Positions 27,605-36,301 of a stretch of 56,237 nt of DNA are shown here, piece by piece. The position numbers and the translations under genes were made by a program. This stretch comes from Hydrurus foetidus (taxonomy: Eukaryota): contig UYFQ01000006.1 in assembly GCA_900617105.1 (NCBI GenBank), forward strand, positions 930,001 to 986,237, given 5' to 3'. Numbering within the stretch: position 1 is the first letter of the stretch; the number at the start of each line of letters is the position of its first letter. The notes under the pieces are model-generated. The model was not told the DNA's origin and searched no databases. It was given only the letters and a program-made list of their open reading frames with translations.

Positions 27605-27772
27605 ATGACACAGCACACACACGACGAATATGCCCATGATCACGGCTTTGACATGTGGGCCAACACCGACCACGCCACCCGCCGCGCCTTTGTGGCCGAT
27701 TACTGGGAGGCACTGCGTGAGTTACGTGCGTTAGGCCAGACATTCGCCCGGTCAATCTTCACTTTAGGCTGA
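27605..27772 (+). CDS. Small protein (55 aa) with His/Asp-rich N-terminus, absent from the ORF track
   Basis: AGGAG 5 nt before ATG. Translates to MTQHTHDEYAHDHGFDMWANTDHATRRAFVADYWEALRELRALGQTFARSIFTLG*. Stop lies 3 nt before the tautomerase ATG. Confidence 0.6.
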   Translation: MTQHTHDEYAHDHGFDMWANTDHATRRAFVADYWEALRELRALGQTFARSIFTLG

Positions 27773-27775
27773 ACC

Positions 27776-28183
27776 ATGCCCATTCTCAACCTCAAAGTCA
27801 GCCGTGCCGCCAGCCCCGAACTCACACGGAACATCGCTGATTTGCTCATGGAACACACCGCCCGCATCCTCAAAAAAGACAGCGCCGTAACGGTTATTGC
27901 CATCGACTACGTACCGCCCGAACAATGGGTGGTGGGCGGTGAAACGCTGGCTGAGCTGGGCCAAAGCAGCGTGTATTTCGATATCAAAATCACCGATGGC
28001 ACCAACACCAAAGATGAAAAAGCGCAGTACATTGCCGAATGCTTTGCCGCCTTTGCGCAGCTGCTCGGGCCTTTGCACGCCACCAGCTACATCTATGTGC
28101 AAGATGTGCGTGCTGAGGCTTATGGCTATGGCGGTCTCACGCAAGAGCGGCGCTATATCGAGGCGAAACAGTTGCCGTCATAG
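27776..28183 (+). CDS. Tautomerase superfamily protein (long 4-OT-like, catalytic Pro1)
   Basis: MP start, W-VGG, IKITDGTNTKDEKA and YGYGGLTQE motifs. Confidence 0.85.
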   Translation: MPILNLKVSRAASPELTRNIADLLMEHTARILKKDSAVTVIAIDYVPPEQWVVGGETLAELGQSSVYFDIKITDGTNTKDEKAQYIAECFAAFAQLLGPLHATSYIYVQDVRAEAYGYGGLTQERRYIEAKQLPS

Positions 28184-28196
28184 GGGAATGGTGAGT

Positions 28197-29090
28197 TCAG
28201 CCCCGCAGCTTGCCCTCCAAGAAAACCAACAAAGCCCGCATCGCCGCGCTGTTGTGCCGCCGCTGCGCATAGGCCATGTAGAGCCAAGTGTCTGAGGGCA
28301 TGAAGGCATCCAACACCGGCTCCAGCGCGCCGCTGTCCAGGGCGGTTTGCAGCAGCAGGCGGGGGAGGTAGGTGACACCCAGACCGGCTTTGGCGAAGGC
28401 CAGCAGCACCTGCGCGTCACTCGCGTCCAGCGGGCCTTGTACGGGTACGGTGAGGAGCTCGCCTTCGCGCTGAAAGCGCCATTCCGACGGTGTGTGGCCC
28501 GTTTTGGTGAGCGAGTACACCAAGCATTGGTGCTGCGCCAAATCTTCAGGCTGCTCAGGGCGCGGGTGTGTGGCCCAGTAGGCGGGGGCAGCGGCAACCA
28601 GAATGGGGACGGGTTGCAGGCGGCGCACGATCAGCTCGGAATCTTCAATGCGGCCCACGCGCAGCACCACATCCACGGCTTCGTCCACCAAATCAACAGC
28701 GCGGTTGGTCAGTTTCAGGCTGACGTGTACCTTGGGAAACGTCTGCGCAAACTCAATCAGCAAGGTGGGCAGCATCTGCTCGCCAAAACCGTAAGGCGCA
28801 CTCAAGCGCACACGCCCGCTGGGCTGATCGGCACGCTCGGTTAACTCGTCTTTGGTGAGCGCTACCAGCTCCAGCAACGGGGCGCTACGCTCCAGCAGCA
28901 ATTCGCCCGCATCGGTCAGGCTGACGCTGCGCGTGGTGCGGTTGAGCAAGCGCACGCCCAGGCGGGACTCCAGCGCGGCCACGTATTTGCTGGTGTTGGC
29001 TTTGGACAGCCCCAGTGCGTCAGCCGCTTTGGAAAAGCTTGCGCGCAAGGCGACTTCACGGAAAGTGCTAATCAGTTCTAAAGAGTCCAT
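28197..29090 (-). CDS. LysR family regulator (CrgA-like)
   Basis: SFSKAADALGLS...LESRLGVRLLNRTTRSVSLTDAG and AAPAY motifs. Confidence 0.93.
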   Translation of the reverse strand: MDSLELISTFREVALRASFSKAADALGLSKANTSKYVAALESRLGVRLLNRTTRSVSLTDAGELLLERSAPLLELVALTKDELTERADQPSGRVRLSAPYGFGEQMLPTLLIEFAQTFPKVHVSLKLTNRAVDLVDEAVDVVLRVGRIEDSELIVRRLQPVPILVAAAPAYWATHPRPEQPEDLAQHQCLVYSLTKTGHTPSEWRFQREGELLTVPVQGPLDASDAQVLLAFAKAGLGVTYLPRLLLQTALDSGALEPVLDAFMPSDTWLYMAYAQRRHNSAAMRALLVFLEGKLRG

Positions 29091-29108
29091 CGGTAGATTG
29101 TGCGCGAT

Positions 29109-29127
29109 TGTTTCCAAAAAGGAGACA
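29109..29127. promoter_or_regulatory. Putative LTTR autoregulatory palindrome
   Basis: TGTTTCC-AAAAA-GGAGACA (one mismatch), about 20 nt upstream of the LysR start in a divergent intergenic region. Confidence 0.45.
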
Positions 29128-29248
29128 GTTTAATGCGGGTTTACCCTATTTTTAACGCAGACAATGCACCCAAGTAGTTTCCACAGACGCAGTGCCACCC
29201 CGGTGGTGTCTGGACTTGAAAACCTCAACCCTCCAAAGGAATATCACC

Positions 29249-29566
29249 ATGAACACCTCCTCCACATTTTTCGCCCTCGCTTTCACCGCTATCGCCGCTG
29301 TTTCTGGCGCAGCCCAGGCTGACGCTTTTTACAAAGACGCGCCTAACGGTGAAATCACCTACGTCGCACTCTTTCACTCGACCCGCAGCCGCGCTGACGT
29401 GAAAGCTGAAGCGGTGACTGCGGCTTACGAGCCCCTCAACGGCGAAGTCGGACAGGTTTACGCCGTTGCCCCCGTGCGCTCCAGCTTGAGCCGCGCCGAA
29501 GTCAAATCCGCTACCGTGCTGGCGATGAAGGCCCACACCATCAACACGGGCGAAGCCAGTTTCTGA
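29249..29566 (+). CDS. Small secreted protein, DUF4148-like
   Basis: RBS AAGGA, signal peptide ending AQA, and two S-x-SRA(D/E)VK repeats. Confidence 0.7.
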   Translation: MNTSSTFFALAFTAIAAVSGAAQADAFYKDAPNGEITYVALFHSTRSRADVKAEAVTAAYEPLNGEVGQVYAVAPVRSSLSRAEVKSATVLAMKAHTINTGEASF

Positions 29567-29576
29567 AGCTATTGAC

Positions 29577-30569
29577 TCAAGCGAAGTGGTCAAAGCTGGT
29601 GTAGCGGTTGTCCAGCAGCAGCCCTTCGCTGTCCACCAGCCGCACGCCGGGTTCCGACTCAATCTGGCCGATACAAGTCACAGATGTTGAGGTGGCCTTG
29701 CCCGCTGCCAGCACCACGCCGTGCTGCGCTGCAGGGGCGGTGAACGCCAGCTCGTAGTCGTCACCGCCTGCCAGCACGCAGTCGAGCAGAAGTTTTTTAT
29801 GGGCCTCAAAAAGGCCTTTTCTGCTTTCCTGGTAAGCGCAGGCAGCTATCAAAGTAGAAGCGATAAGGGTGTCAATCCGCACCCCCACGCTACTGGCCCG
29901 CAGCACATGGCCCAGATCGCCCAGCAGCCCATCGCTCACGTCAATGGCCGCACTTGCGATGCCGCGCAAGGCTTGCCCCAGCGCGACACGCGGTGTGGGC
30001 TGCTCCATGCGAATCCTGGCCGCGTCAAACACCTCCTCTGGCACGCGCGTGGTGCCGCGAAACACCTCCAGCGCCAGCCGCGCATCACCCAAGGTGCCGC
30101 TGACCCACAGCTCATCACCCACTTTTGCCCCAGAGCGCAACAGTGCCTGCCCCGGCGGCACCTCGCCGAACACGGTGATGCAGATGTTCAACGGCCCTTT
30201 GGTGGTGTCACCGCCCACCAGCGGGCAGGCGTGCGCATCGGCCAACGCAAACAGCCCGCGTGAGAAGCCCTCCAGCCACACCTCGTCCACCGAGGGCAGC
30301 GAGAGTGCCAGCGTGAAGCCCAAAGGCCGTGCCCCGCACGCCGCTAAATCGCTCAAGTTCACCGCCAGCGCCTTGTGCCCGAGGTGTGCCGGGTTGACGG
30401 TGGAGAGGAAATGCCGCCCCTCCACCAGCATGTCGCTGGAAATAGCGAGCTGCATCCCCGGTGTGGGTTGCAGGATGGCGCAGTCGTCGCCGATGCCAAG
30501 CTGCACGCCGGGGGCTGCGGGCAGGGAAGGGCGCATGAAATAGCGGCGGATCAGGTCAAATTCACCCAT
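29577..30569 (-). CDS. thiL: Thiamine-monophosphate kinase
   Basis: MGEFDLI, GIGDDCA, NLSDLAA, VGGDT, IDVSDGL and GGDDYEL motifs. Confidence 0.95.
   Translation of the reverse strand: MGEFDLIRRYFMRPSLPAAPGVQLGIGDDCAILQPTPGMQLAISSDMLVEGRHFLSTVNPAHLGHKALAVNLSDLAACGARPLGFTLALSLPSVDEVWLEGFSRGLFALADAHACPLVGGDTTKGPLNICITVFGEVPPGQALLRSGAKVGDELWVSGTLGDARLALEVFRGTTRVPEEVFDAARIRMEQPTPRVALGQALRGIASAAIDVSDGLLGDLGHVLRASSVGVRIDTLIASTLIAACAYQESRKGLFEAHKKLLLDCVLAGGDDYELAFTAPAAQHGVVLAAGKATSTSVTCIGQIESEPGVRLVDSEGLLLDNRYTSFDHFA
29807..29861 (-). repeat. Dispersed element copy, in frame in thiL
   Basis: Minus strand GCTTCTACTTTGATAGC-TGCCTGCGCTTACCAGGAAAGCAGAAAAGGCCTTTTTG encodes ASTLIAACAYQESRKGLF. Confidence 0.75.
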
Positions 30570-32619
30570 GATGAGCAGCTCCTACAGACTCGGCCATACT
30601 CTTCGGCGGCCACACAAAGCTTCCCGGCTGTTGCCGCAGCCGTTGCCACACCGCAGCACGCAGGCGTTGTCTGTCCAGGCCGCTCACGCTGTGCGCCTGC
30701 AAGGCCAGTTGCAGTGCCAAGTAAAAGCTGACGGTCAAATTCAGCACCCCAATCAACGGGATGGCGGCCACGCACCACCAGAAATCGGGCGAAGTCCAGG
30801 CTTGTGCACCCAGTGCGGCACCCGCTGCGGCGAGTTGGCCGGTGGACAGCGTGACGTGGCGGGCTTCCAGTGCGGGGCCTAAGAACGCCAAGATGGGGGG
30901 GATCAAGCCCAGCATGAAGCCCAGTGAGATGTTGGACGCAAAACCCGAAATGTGGCTGCGCATGAACGTGGCCCAGCGGTTAGCACGGGGTTCACCCAAG
31001 AAGGCGGTGATGCGTGGGTTGTAGCGCAAGGCGGAATCCAGCCGGTGCAGCACAAACCAGTTCTCTGCCCAACCGGCGACCAAGCTGGAGGCGAACAGAA
31101 GCACGCCGGTGAAGGCGGCAAACAACAGTGTGGTGGGGTTGAGCAAGCTGAGCGTGTGCAGCACGTAGGTGGTGTGGGCGGCATCGAGCACCGGGTGCCC
31201 CACGGCTTTGTGCCATGCCCAGCTGGCCAGCACCACGGCAGGGGCGACCAAACCCACATTGCCCAGCACGGCGGCGGCTTGTGAGCGCACGAGGTGGGTA
31301 ATTTCGTCCACAAAATCGGTGATGGCGGTGTCCCCGCTCAGGTCTTTCAGCTTGGCAGCCATGGCTGGGGCGGTCATCGCGGGTTGTTTGGTGGCCAGCG
31401 TCCAGTGCATGAGCTGGATGAACACGAAGCTCAAGGCGTAGACCCAGCCCGCCGCTACACCGCCCCAAAACGGCGACAGGGCGAACGCGCCTAATCCGAA
31501 TTTCAGCAGTGTGGTGCCTGCGGTGGCAATGCCTCCGCCTGCGGCTTGGCGCAGCATTTGGGTGTATTCGGCCCGGTTGCGGGTGATGTAGTGCTCGCCG
31601 GTTTCGGCGCTGCGCTCGGCGACTTTGGCGGCCAAGAGCGACGAGTTGGCGGTAATCAGCGCCCGCAGGCTGGCCCGCTCTTGACCCACTGCCACCAGCT
31701 TGCCCGTCAACCAGACTGTGGCGGTGTGGGGGGTGGGTGAGAGCAGGCAGTCCATCAGGTCACGCACCCGCAGCACCCGTTCGCGCAGTTGGCGCAGGCG
31801 ATAGACCAGACCGACAGAGATGCCGTTCGCGTCCAAATGGGCGTAGACACCGTTGGTGGCCAGGCGGCAGGCTTCCAGGCGGTCTTTGAGCTGCTGCACG
31901 GCTTGCGTCAGCGTGCTTTCTTGCGCTGTGAGGGCGGGGGTGTCGGGGTAGCGCGATTGCTCGAACGCCACGCGCAGCCGGTCAGCGTCTGCGGCCAGCG
32001 TGTGGAAGGGTTGCTCGTCCAGCGTGGGCGTGCTCATGCGCATGCGCAACTCGGGCGAAAAGCCAATCGAGCGGATTTGGCTGATGCAGTAGGTGATGGC
32101 TTCTAGCAGCTCGCGTTCCCAGGGGGTGACACCGCCCGTGTTGGCCTGTATGGCTTGTGTAGCCGGTGTAGGGGGCGGCGCACGCATCAGCAGGGCCAAG
32201 CGGGCCAGGGTTTTGTCGTCCAGCAGTGCCAGCCATTGCGCGTCAAAGGCATGGGGGAGGGCCAGCAAAAACAGCTCAGCAGCATCGTGTGTTTCTGGCG
32301 TGCTGGGCAGAATTTTGTGGCGCAAACGTGCGCTCAATTCACTCCAAAAAGCTGCGCGCGAGGCGAAACCAAAATCGGCAAACAGGGCGGCCACATCCAC
32401 CGTTTGGAAGAGCCGCGCCCACCAAACACGCAGGCGCTGTTGCAGCGCCGGTTGCGTGTCTACCGCGTCTAAAAACAACTGCAAGCGGCTGACTGCTGCG
32501 GGGGCAGATTGGCGGTCGCCACGCACCCAGGCGAGCAGACGAATCAGCCACAAATGGCGTTGCGCCAGCGGGGCTTGGGGGTCAAGCTGTGCGAGCAGCG
32601 TGGCGAGGTTGTGGGTCAA
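30562..32619 (-). CDS. Gcr-like 'site-specific recombinase' family membrane protein
   Basis: GEHYIT-R-EY, AAGGG, TLATKQPAMTAP, RSQ-AAVLGN and RHVTLSTG motifs, with several C-terminal TM helices. TTG start uncertain. Confidence 0.75.
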   Translation of the reverse strand: MTHNLATLLAQLDPQAPLAQRHLWLIRLLAWVRGDRQSAPAAVSRLQLFLDAVDTQPALQQRLRVWWARLFQTVDVAALFADFGFASRAAFWSELSARLRHKILPSTPETHDAAELFLLALPHAFDAQWLALLDDKTLARLALLMRAPPPTPATQAIQANTGGVTPWERELLEAITYCISQIRSIGFSPELRMRMSTPTLDEQPFHTLAADADRLRVAFEQSRYPDTPALTAQESTLTQAVQQLKDRLEACRLATNGVYAHLDANGISVGLVYRLRQLRERVLRVRDLMDCLLSPTPHTATVWLTGKLVAVGQERASLRALITANSSLLAAKVAERSAETGEHYITRNRAEYTQMLRQAAGGGIATAGTTLLKFGLGAFALSPFWGGVAAGWVYALSFVFIQLMHWTLATKQPAMTAPAMAAKLKDLSGDTAITDFVDEITHLVRSQAAAVLGNVGLVAPAVVLASWAWHKAVGHPVLDAAHTTYVLHTLSLLNPTTLLFAAFTGVLLFASSLVAGWAENWFVLHRLDSALRYNPRITAFLGEPRANRWATFMRSHISGFASNISLGFMLGLIPPILAFLGPALEARHVTLSTGQLAAAGAALGAQAWTSPDFWWCVAAIPLIGVLNLTVSFYLALQLALQAHSVSGLDRQRLRAAVWQRLRQQPGSFVWPPKSMAESVGAAHHG

Positions 32620-32642
32620 AGTAGTGGGGTCAGTTGTCGAGG

Positions 32643-33077
32643 TCAGTGCAAAGTGCGCGGGCTTCCGCCAGCGCTGGGGCCGTCACCGGTGCCTTTGTCG
32701 TTGTCCATCAGGTGGCTGAGGGCATCCAGTACGAACATGGGTACGTCAGCGTCAAACTTTTCACCGTCATCGGCCACGCAGAAAAAGCTGCCGTGCATGG
32801 TGCCGGTGGCGGTGCGCAGCCGCGTGCCACTGGTGTATTCAAACGCTTGGCCGGGCTGCAAGAGGGGCTGCTGGCCCACGACACCCAAGCCTTTGATTTT
32901 TTCGTTGTGCCCGTTGGCATCGTTCACATTCCACGTGCGCGACACCAGTTGCGCGGCCACTGAGCCGGTGTTCGTGATGGTGATGGTGTACGAAAACGTA
33001 TACACATCTTGCGCGGGGGCGGAGTGCTCAGGCAGGTACTGGGGGCGCACGACAACGCGAAATTGGTATTTGGACAT
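32643..33077 (-). CDS. apaG: ApaG protein
   Basis: [26 protein letters not shown] and FEYTSG motifs. ATG 33077. Confidence 0.93.
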   Translation of the reverse strand: MSKYQFRVVVRPQYLPEHSAPAQDVYTFSYTITITNTGSVAAQLVSRTWNVNDANGHNEKIKGLGVVGQQPLLQPGQAFEYTSGTRLRTATGTMHGSFFCVADDGEKFDADVPMFVLDALSHLMDNDKGTGDGPSAGGSPRTLH

Positions 33078-33155
33078 AGGGCGAATAGTAAAGCAGCAAG
33101 GCCACAACCCGTACCAACGAGGGCAGGCAAGGGCCGACAAGGCGACAATCTGGGG

Positions 33156-33857
33156 ATGAACTCTTCTACTTCCCCCTCCCTCCCCACCTACCGCATCGCC
33201 CCTTCCCTTTTGTCCGCCGACTTTGCCCGCCTGGGCGACGAGGTGAAAAACGTCATTGCCGCCGGGGCTGACTGGATTCACTTTGACGTGATGGACAACC
33301 ACTACGTCCCCAACCTGACCTTCGGCCCGATGATTTGCGCCGCCCTGAAGCCCCACGCCAAGACGGCAGCGGGCGTGGCCGTGCCGATTGACGTGCATTT
33401 GATGGTGCAACCCGTCGATGCGCTGGCCGCCGCGTTCGCCGATGCAGGCGCTGACCTCATCAGCTTCCATCCCGAAGCCTCGGGCCATGTCCATCGCAGC
33501 GTGCAGGTGATCAAGAGCAAAGGTTGCAAAGCCGGTGTGGCGTTCAACCCCGCCACGCCGCTGGACGTGCTGGACTGGGTGATTGATGACATCGAACTGA
33601 TCCTCATCATGAGCGTCAACCCCGGTTTTGGCGGGCAAAGCTTCATTGATTCGACCCTGCGCAAGATTGAAGCGGCCCGCAAGCGCATTGACGCGAGTGG
33701 CAAAGATATCCGCCTGGAAGTCGATGGCGGCATCAAAACCGACAACATCCGCCGCGTGGCCGATGCCGGGGCGGATACCTTTGTGGCGGGTAGCGCGATT
33801 TTTGGCAAGCCGGATTACAAGGGTGTGATTGACGCGATGCGCGTGGCGTTGGGGTAA
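33156..33857 (+). CDS. rpe: Ribulose-phosphate 3-epimerase
   Basis: [31 protein letters not shown] and EVDGG motifs. Confidence 0.96.
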   Translation: MNSSTSPSLPTYRIAPSLLSADFARLGDEVKNVIAAGADWIHFDVMDNHYVPNLTFGPMICAALKPHAKTAAGVAVPIDVHLMVQPVDALAAAFADAGADLISFHPEASGHVHRSVQVIKSKGCKAGVAFNPATPLDVLDWVIDDIELILIMSVNPGFGGQSFIDSTLRKIEAARKRIDASGKDIRLEVDGGIKTDNIRRVADAGADTFVAGSAIFGKPDYKGVIDAMRVALG

Positions 33858-33862
33858 GGGCG

Positions 33863-34588
33863 ATGATTTTTAAATTTACCGCCGCCATCGTCGATCTCGA
33901 CGGCACGATGGTGGACACTCTGGGCGATTTTGAAGTGGCTTTGAACCTGATGTTGGCGGAGTTGGCGCTGCCACCCGTCAACCGTGCGCAAGTCGAGACG
34001 CGCATTGGCAAAGGTTCTGAAAACTTGATCCAAGCGGTGCTGGCGCTTATTGCATCTGCACAAGGTGCTGCTGAAAGAGAAGCAACTGTGGCGCTGTTTC
34101 CCACAGCATTGGCCAGCTACCAGCGCCATTATTTGGCGATCAACGGCCAGTATTCAGCGGTTTACCCTGGCGTGATGGAGGGTCTGCGGGCGCTGCAAGC
34201 ACAGGGTTTGCGTTTGGCGTGCCTGACCAACAAGCCTACGGCCTTCGCGCGGCCCTTGCTTCAAGCCAAGGGGCTGGATGGTTTTTTTGAGGTGGTGTTT
34301 GGCGGGGATGCCTTCGAGCGTAAAAAGCCCGATCCCTTGCCGCTGCTCAAAACCTGTGAAACGCTGGGGGTGTCACCAGCGTACACGCTGATGCTGGGGG
34401 ATTCCAGCAACGATGCGCGAGCGGCACGGGCTGCGGGTTGCCCGGTGGTGCTGGTAAGTTATGGCTACAACCACGGCGAACCGGTGGCGTCGGTGGACTG
34501 TGATGGCGTGGTGGACACGCTGGCCGATGTGGTACCCCTGTTGACCCGCTGGGCGGCGGGCGGGGTGGTGAAAGGCGTGGTTGTTTAG
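33863..34588 (+). CDS. gph: Phosphoglycolate phosphatase (HAD)
   Basis: DLDGT, LTNKP, KKPDP, GDS-ND and YGYNHG motifs; in rpe-gph-trpE synteny. Confidence 0.9.
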   Translation: MIFKFTAAIVDLDGTMVDTLGDFEVALNLMLAELALPPVNRAQVETRIGKGSENLIQAVLALIASAQGAAEREATVALFPTALASYQRHYLAINGQYSAVYPGVMEGLRALQAQGLRLACLTNKPTAFARPLLQAKGLDGFFEVVFGGDAFERKKPDPLPLLKTCETLGVSPAYTLMLGDSSNDARAARAAGCPVVLVSYGYNHGEPVASVDCDGVVDTLADVVPLLTRWAAGGVVKGVVV

Positions 34589-35211
34589 CGGTTTTGACCA
34601 ATAATCTCTGCGGATTTGCCCAGCAGCGCTTCTTTCAACCGGTAGTCTGCCGGCGATTTGCCCAGCCAGATGCGCATCATGCCGCTGAAGAATTCAGGGT
34701 CTTTGAAAGGCTCGCCTTGGGCAACGCCTTTGACGTTGAGCAGGGTGCCTGTGCCAGGTATCCAGTCCATCATGATGGTGTCACCGGTTGTTAATTTCTT
34801 TTGCTCCGCAAAAATTTGCCCCATGCGCATCAAGTGGGGCAGCATCTTGGTGAGCTCTGTGTAAGGCACGTTGGCTTCAACGCCTTTGGTGAACAAGCGG
34901 CCCAGTTCGTTGGCATCAATATCACGCAGCATGGTGATCGTCATGCGTTTGGTTCCATTGGACAAAAGCACTTCGTCTGTGGTGCCGACTTTTTTATCCA
35001 GGTACAGCGCAGCGGTATAAACCTTGAAAACGGTCTTGTAGCGGATGCCGGCGCCGTTAAGCTGCAAGCTGGCCCCTTGAACGGTTTGGCTGCTGTCAAT
35101 TTTGACGCCGCTCAGATCCATCGCGGCAGCGGAGGCATTTACGGCACCTGAACTGCACAGAGCCAGGGCAAAAATACTGGTCAATGTGGCAAAAAACGCT
35201 TTGATTTTCAT
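34585..35211 (-). CDS. Chalcone isomerase-like secreted protein (copy 1)
   Basis: Signal peptide; LQLNGAGIRYK-VFKVY-AALYL and IWLGKSP motifs; RBS GGGAG. Confidence 0.82.
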   Translation of the reverse strand: MKIKAFFATLTSIFALALCSSGAVNASAAAMDLSGVKIDSSQTVQGASLQLNGAGIRYKTVFKVYTAALYLDKKVGTTDEVLLSNGTKRMTITMLRDIDANELGRLFTKGVEANVPYTELTKMLPHLMRMGQIFAEQKKLTTGDTIMMDWIPGTGTLLNVKGVAQGEPFKDPEFFSGMMRIWLGKSPADYRLKEALLGKSAEIIGQNR

Positions 35212-35337
35212 AAGACTCCCGAACACATGTTGGTAACAGGTTCGATTGTCCGAGTGGCAAATTCTCTGCGCAATAGCTTCAGCGCACCACTTTGGGTTGG
35301 AATGTGAATTTCGTTACAAATTACAACAATCAAAGGG

Positions 35338-35973
35338 TCAAAAATTTTTGTCTATGTCAATTTTACCTAGCAAGGCGTCTTTGAGCTTATGGTCTGAGGG
35401 GGACTTACCCAGCCAAATCCGCAGCAGTGCGGTGAAAAAGTCGGGTTCCTTGAAGGGTTCGCCTTGCGCCACGCCTTTCACGGCGATGACGGTACCTGTA
35501 CCGGGCAGGTAGTCCACGGTAAACACTTCGCCGGATTGCAGTTTTTTCTGGTCAGCAAAAATTTGCCCCATGCGCACCAAATCAGGGATGAGTTTGGTCA
35601 GATCGCCGCGCGGTACGTTGTCTTCCACGCTGCGGGTAAACAGCTTGCCTAATTCGTTGGAGTCTATTTCGCGCAGCATGGTGATGCTGATGCGCTTGGC
35701 CCCTGGGCTTTGCAAGACTTCTTCAGGGGAGGTCGATTTTTTACCCAGGTAAAGCGCCGCCACGTACACCTTAAAGACGGCTTTGTAGCGCACGCCTGCG
35801 CCGTTCAGTTGTAAGGTGTTGCCGCGCAGATCGAGGCTGTCTTCCAGTTTGACGTTGGCCACCGTTACGGCGGCGGCACAGCTGGGTGCGCCCGCCATGC
35901 ACAGTGCGGTCAACCCGGCCCATACCGCACGGTGCAGGTGGTGCAGTACTGCAAAAAAGCGGCGTATGGACAT
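35338..35973 (-). CDS. Chalcone isomerase-like secreted protein (copy 2)
   Basis: Same motifs as the adjacent paralog (LQLNGAGVRYK, GEPFK, IWLGKSP). Confidence 0.82.
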   Translation of the reverse strand: MSIRRFFAVLHHLHRAVWAGLTALCMAGAPSCAAAVTVANVKLEDSLDLRGNTLQLNGAGVRYKAVFKVYVAALYLGKKSTSPEEVLQSPGAKRISITMLREIDSNELGKLFTRSVEDNVPRGDLTKLIPDLVRMGQIFADQKKLQSGEVFTVDYLPGTGTVIAVKGVAQGEPFKEPDFFTALLRIWLGKSPSDHKLKDALLGKIDIDKNF

Positions 35974-36077
35974 GGTATGGGCCTTAGAAAACAGTAAAAA
36001 GTACGATCGTGCCATTTTAATGAGGCAACCTCACTCAGCATTTCTCCCTACTGCTGCCCTTTTCTCTGGCAAGGCTT

Positions 36078-36086
36078 TGCTACACT
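36078..36086 (+). promoter_or_regulatory. Putative extended -10 promoter of the trp operon
   Basis: TG-C-TACACT; the predicted start site falls at about 36093-36094, on the leader ATG. Confidence 0.5.
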
Positions 36087-36093
36087 GTATGCC

Positions 36094-36180
36094 ATGTTTA
36101 TCCGTCACAACACCCCCACAGGCGCTATGCCAGGTCGTCAAGACCGGGGAGCATGGCTTTGGCGTAAGCCAGTCCTTTAA
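36094..36180 (+). CDS. Putative trp leader peptide 1 (28 aa, probably leaderless)
   Basis: MFIRHNTPTGAMPGRQDRGAWLWRKPVL*, with two Trp codons upstream of trpE. Confidence 0.55.
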   Translation: MFIRHNTPTGAMPGRQDRGAWLWRKPVL

Positions 36181-36282
36181 GTTGTCGATGCGTGCGAGTG
36201 CCTGGTGGCGACTTGCACACCACGCCCCCTCCTAAGCATCAGGGGGCATTGGATAAACAAACGCAGCACACCACCGTGCTGT
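36154..36282 (+). promoter_or_regulatory. Attenuator-like hairpin series
   Basis: Stems TGGCTT/AAGCCA (36154-36171), GTGCGAGT-GCC/GGC-ACTTGCAC (36192-36218), GCCCCCT/AGGGGGC (36224-36247) and CAGCAC/GTGCTG (36264-36281). No U-tract. Confidence 0.5.
36188..36235 (+). CDS. trpL: Putative trp leader peptide 2 (15 aa)
   Basis: MRASAWWRLAHHAPS* with tandem TGG TGG; ends 66 nt before trpE. Confidence 0.65.
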   Translation: MRASAWWRLAHHAPS

Positions 36283-36301
36283 TGGCTCTGGAGATTCCCC
36301 C

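Noticed and set aside
29845..29861. Repeat core interpreted as an IHF or FNR site because it contains TATCAA
   Set aside because: Lacks the IHF TTR element and the second FNR half-site, and neither explains the conserved tail.
33078..33638. 331-aa version of the apaG ORF
   Set aside because: The upstream part is largely the antisense shadow of rpe; ApaG begins at 33077.
35261..35290. CAATAGCTTCAGCGC as a further repeat copy (also GCTATTGACTCAAGC at 29568)
   Set aside because: Only a half-core or wrong spacing (N9); not distinguishable from chance by eye.
36067..36081. TGGCAAGGCTTTGCT resembling a sigma-54 -24/-12 promoter
   Set aside because: GG-to-GC spacing is 9 nt, not the required 10; an extended -10 explains the region better.
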